A stretch of 64,000 bases of DNA. Origin: Alphaproteobacteria bacterium (lineage in GTDB: Bacteria; Pseudomonadota; Alphaproteobacteria; SP197). The stretch lies in NCBI GenBank assembly GCA_965221115.1, contig CBDCRU010000002.1, forward strand, positions 628,172 to 692,171. The letters run 5' to 3'. The notes beneath the pieces are model-generated. The model worked only from the letters and a program-made list of their open reading frames with translations. It was not told the origin of the DNA and searched no databases. A program made the position numbers and the translations under genes. Position 1 is the first letter of the stretch. Every line of letters begins with the position of its first letter. Below, piece after piece: positions 60,460 to 64,000 of the stretch.

Positions 60460-63422
60460 ACCCCGGACGCCTTCCCTCCCCGGCGGGCCAGCTGATCGAC
60501 CGTTCGAGGCCGCTCTCCTTCACCTTTGACGGCCACCGTTACGAGGGATTCGCCGGGGACACCATCACCAGCGCACTCCTTGCCGCCGGTGTCAGGGTGC
60601 TGTCGCGTTCCTTCAAGTATCACCGTCCGCGGGGAACGCTGTCGGCCGCCGGTCACGATGCCAACAGTTTCGTGCAGATTGGTGATGAGCCCAATGTGGC
60701 GGCCGATACGCGACTGATCGAGGACGGCATGGTGGTCGGGGCACAGAATGTCTTCGGCAGTCTCGACAACGATCACGCGCGCCTTCTCGATCACCTCGGA
60801 CGGTTCCTGCCGGTCGGGTTCTACTACAAGACATTCTACCGCCCGAAGGGCGCATGGAAGGTGTGGGAGCCGGTGGTCCGCCGCCTTGCGGGTCTGGGCT
60901 CGGTCAATCCCGAGACGCCGCACGGCTACTACGACAAGCAGTATCTGTGGGCCGACGTAGTCGTGGTCGGCGGTGGACCTGCGGGTATGGCGGCGGCGCT
61001 CGAGGCGGCGGCGGTCAGCCGCGCGGTCGAGGTACTGCTCGTCGAAGAGAACCCGTGCCTGGGCGGTTCCCTGACCTATGCGCGATTCGACGCCGAGGGA
61101 GAACGGGCCGCACGCGAGCGGGCAACGCTCGTGGCTGCGGTGGAGGGATGCGACAACATCCGTGTGCTCACCGGCGCCGTGGCCAACGGCTGGTTCACGG
61201 ACCACTTCATTCCCGTCATCCAGGGCAACCGCATGTTCAAGGTGCGGGCCAAATCCGTGGTCGTGGCCACCGGATCCTGGGAACAACCCCTGGTGTTCCG
61301 CAACAACGATCTTCCCGGGGTGATGTACGGTTCGGCGGTCCAGCGTCTGGTCAACCGGCATGGTGTCAGGCCCGGCGGCCGGGCTGTCATCGCCACGGCC
61401 AACGCCGACGGCTATGCCACCGCGCTCGATCTGATCGGTGCCGGAGTCGACATTGCCGCGGTGGCTGAACTCGGACCTGCCATGCCGCGGCACGACCTGG
61501 CGGTGGCGGTGGCCGATCACGGGGTGCCGATCAGGCCGCGATCGACCGTGGTCGTGGCAGAATCCGGCCGGTGGAAGGACACCATCGAGGCGGCGCGAAT
61601 AGCGGAGATCACCGGGCCCGGCACGACAGCCGCACGCCATGATGTCCATGACTGCGACACCATCGTGACGTCGGTCGGCTGGCAACCCGCCGCCAACCTC
61701 GTCTGGCACGCTGGCGGCCGGACGCCTTACAACGAGACGACGTCCATGCTCGAGATCGGCCAGCTGCCCGCCGGCATGCACGCGGCGGGATCGGTGGCCG
61801 GGTGTTTCCGAATCGACACGGTGATCGAGGAGGGCAGGCGCGCCGGCTGGCTGGCTGCCCGCGACGCCGGTTTCAACGGCACAGCGATGCCGGCGGTGCG
61901 CAACGACCGCGGCGAAACGGGTCAGAATCATCCCTGGCCCATGTTCGAGCACCCGAAGGGCCGTGATTTCGTCGATTTCGACGAGGACCTGCAAATCCAC
62001 GATCTGAAAGACGCAGTCTCGGAGGGCTACACCCACATCGAGCTGATGAAGCGCTTCTCCACCTGCGGCATGGGTCCCAGCCAGGGCCGCCACTCCTGGC
62101 TCAACGCGATACGCCTCAACGCCCGGGAGAACGGCATCAGTGTCAACGAGGCCGGAATGACGACACAGAGGCCGCCCTACACGGCCGAGAAGCTGGGCGT
62201 CCTGGCCGGACGCAGTTTCGAGCCCCAGCGCCTCACCGCCATGCACTGGCGTCACGTCGAGGCCGGCGCGCGCATGATGCAGGCCGGTGTCTGGTACCGT
62301 CCGGAACACTATGGCGGCGATGACCGGGAGGCCGTCATCGAGGCCGAATCGCGTCATGTCCGGGGGAAGGTCGGTCTGATCGACGTGTCGACCCTGGGCG
62401 GGCTCGAGATTCGCGGCCCTGATGCCGCGGACATGATGGAACGCATGTACACCTGGGCCTACAGGAAGCAGCTGGTGGGGCGCGCCCGCTACACGCTGAT
62501 GACCGACATGACCGGTGTCATCACCGACGACGGAGTCGCCTGCAGGCTGCATGAGAACCACTACTACGTCACGGCCACCACGTCCGGTGTCGATGGTGTC
62601 TACCAGGAGATGCTGTTCTGGAACGCGCAGTGGCGTCTCAGGGTCGACATCACCAATGTCACGGGTGCCCTCAGCGGCGTCAACATCGCCGGGCCACGGT
62701 CGCGTGCCGTGCTCACCCGCCTCACCGACGAGAAACTCGATGCCGAATCCTTCCCCTACATGGCCGTCAGGCAGGCGAACGTCGCCGGCATCCCCTGCCG
62801 TCTCCTCAGGGTCGGTTTCGTCGGCGAGCTCGGGTACGAGATCCATTGTCCGGCACACTCGGGCGAGGCCCTTTGGGATGCCCTGATGGAAGCGGGCAGG
62901 GATCACGACATCAGGCCCTTCGGCGTGGAGTGCCAGAGACTCTTGCGTCTCGAGAAGGGTCACATCATCGTCAGCCAGGACACCGACGGCCTCACCAATC
63001 CCCTGGAAGCGGACATGGACTGGGCCCTGGCCAAGAAACGTCCTTTCTTCATCGGCAAGCGGTCCATCGATATCCAGCGCGACAATGTCCAGCGCAAGCT
63101 GGTGGGATTCGAGATCGAATCCCGAAATCGCGACGGCAGCATCCCCAGGGAGTGCCATCTGGTGATCCGCGACGGGGACATCACCGGCAGGGTGACGTCC
63201 TGCAGCTACTCGCCGACTCTCGGCAAGGTCATCGGCCTCGCCTACGTGGCGCCTGATCAGGCAGAACCGGGCAGCACCTTCCAGGTGAGGATCGACTCCG
63301 GGCGCATCGAGGGGCGCCGGGTGAAAATCATGCCCGATACGCTCGTTGATTGCCGGGTCGTTCCGTTGCCCTTCTTCGACCCGGAGAACGCCCGTCAGGA
63401 ATCAGGGAACGCAGTTCCATGA
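60456..63422 (+). CDS. soxA: Sarcosine oxidase subunit alpha
   Basis: ~990 aa; FAD/NAD-binding VVVGGGPAGMAAA and a C-terminal aminomethyltransferase (GcvT-like) folate-binding domain. Confidence 0.9.
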   Translation: MNPGRLPSPAGQLIDRSRPLSFTFDGHRYEGFAGDTITSALLAAGVRVLSRSFKYHRPRGTLSAAGHDANSFVQIGDEPNVAADTRLIEDGMVVGAQNVFGSLDNDHARLLDHLGRFLPVGFYYKTFYRPKGAWKVWEPVVRRLAGLGSVNPETPHGYYDKQYLWADVVVVGGGPAGMAAALEAAAVSRAVEVLLVEENPCLGGSLTYARFDAEGERAARERATLVAAVEGCDNIRVLTGAVANGWFTDHFIPVIQGNRMFKVRAKSVVVATGSWEQPLVFRNNDLPGVMYGSAVQRLVNRHGVRPGGRAVIATANADGYATALDLIGAGVDIAAVAELGPAMPRHDLAVAVADHGVPIRPRSTVVVAESGRWKDTIEAARIAEITGPGTTAARHDVHDCDTIVTSVGWQPAANLVWHAGGRTPYNETTSMLEIGQLPAGMHAAGSVAGCFRIDTVIEEGRRAGWLAARDAGFNGTAMPAVRNDRGETGQNHPWPMFEHPKGRDFVDFDEDLQIHDLKDAVSEGYTHIELMKRFSTCGMGPSQGRHSWLNAIRLNARENGISVNEAGMTTQRPPYTAEKLGVLAGRSFEPQRLTAMHWRHVEAGARMMQAGVWYRPEHYGGDDREAVIEAESRHVRGKVGLIDVSTLGGLEIRGPDAADMMERMYTWAYRKQLVGRARYTLMTDMTGVITDDGVACRLHENHYYVTATTSGVDGVYQEMLFWNAQWRLRVDITNVTGALSGVNIAGPRSRAVLTRLTDEKLDAESFPYMAVRQANVAGIPCRLLRVGFVGELGYEIHCPAHSGEALWDALMEAGRDHDIRPFGVECQRLLRLEKGHIIVSQDTDGLTNPLEADMDWALAKKRPFFIGKRSIDIQRDNVQRKLVGFEIESRNRDGSIPRECHLVIRDGDITGRVTSCSYSPTLGKVIGLAYVAPDQAEPGSTFQVRIDSGRIEGRRVKIMPDTLVDCRVVPLPFFDPENARQESGNAVP

Positions 63423-64000
63423 GCACCGCCGAAAGGCTGATGACACAGCCCGAGAAGCTCCAGCGCCGGTCCCATCTCTACCGGACCTGTCGCGAGGCAG
63501 GCGCCCACTGGCGCGCTGTCAACGGCTTTGGCGCGCCGGCACACTACGGCGATGTGTCGGGCGAGACCGCAGCAGCAGCTCGTCTCGCCATTGCCGATCT
63601 GACGGCATTGCCGCGGGCCGGATACAAGGGTTGGGGAATGGCGGATTGGATTCGGGACCAGGGGGTGTCCCTGCCCGAGCCCAACCAGGCCCGAAGGCAG
63701 GAGGACGGCACCCTGGCCTGCCGGCTATCCTCGGGGGAACTCCTGCTGCTCGCCGATGACAATGAGGCGACACTGATCGATCGTCTCGCAGAGGCCTGGT
63801 CCATGGACGATGCCGTCTGCTTTCCGGTGCCGCGCGCCGATGCCAGTGCGCGGCTTGTCGTCACCGGAAGCGAGAGCGCGGAAATGATGGCGAAGATGTG
63901 CGGTGTCGATCTGCGGGGACACCGCTTCGCAGAACACGCCATCGCGCAGACCAGCGTGGCACGCATGAACGTCATTATACTGCGCAACGACCGGGGTGCG
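63419..64000 (+). CDS. soxG: Sarcosine oxidase subunit gamma (3' end beyond window)
   Basis: ATG overlapping the soxA stop; operon order soxBDAG. Confidence 0.75.
   Translation, partial: MSTAERLMTQPEKLQRRSHLYRTCREAGAHWRAVNGFGAPAHYGDVSGETAAAARLAIADLTALPRAGYKGWGMADWIRDQGVSLPEPNQARRQEDGTLACRLSSGELLLLADDNEATLIDRLAEAWSMDDAVCFPVPRADASARLVVTGSESAEMMAKMCGVDLRGHRFAEHAIAQTSVARMNVIILRNDRGA

Overview
This is a high-GC (alphaproteobacterial-type) chromosomal segment, almost all coding, and it appears to lie near the replication origin. The origin-proximal block is mnmE-mnmG-rsmG-parA-parB, with two perfect 16-bp parS sites flanking mnmE. Other recognisable housekeeping units are phoR-pstSCAB-phoU-phoB, hisC-tyrC with a chorismate-mutase fusion gene, metX-metW, maeB and a tRNA-Ser(GCU). 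A large share of the window looks like quaternary-amine/betaine catabolism. It contains three Rieske-type oxygenase alpha subunits, a trimethylamine-dehydrogenase-family FMN/[4Fe-4S] flavoprotein, an MR/MLE enolase-superfamily enzyme, soxBDAG sarcosine oxidase and proVWX. A small lower-GC insertion between the chorismate-mutase gene and a GST gene carries a phd/vapC toxin-antitoxin pair. It also carries a TnpB-only insertion element with a frameshifted tnpB that, unusually, is bounded by ~23-bp inverted repeats and a 7-bp direct repeat. The most interesting locus is at 5.7-8.7 kb. There a Nudix-plus-winged-helix regulator of the NrtR type (an ADP-ribose sensor) is transcribed divergently from a two-gene operon encoding an unknown 306-aa protein and a DraG-like ADP-ribosylglycohydrolase. 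The 101-bp intergenic region holds two 21-bp palindromes (TTATTGT-N7-ACAATAA) spaced about three helical turns apart. This is a candidate ADP-ribosylation writer/eraser module under ADP-ribose-responsive control.
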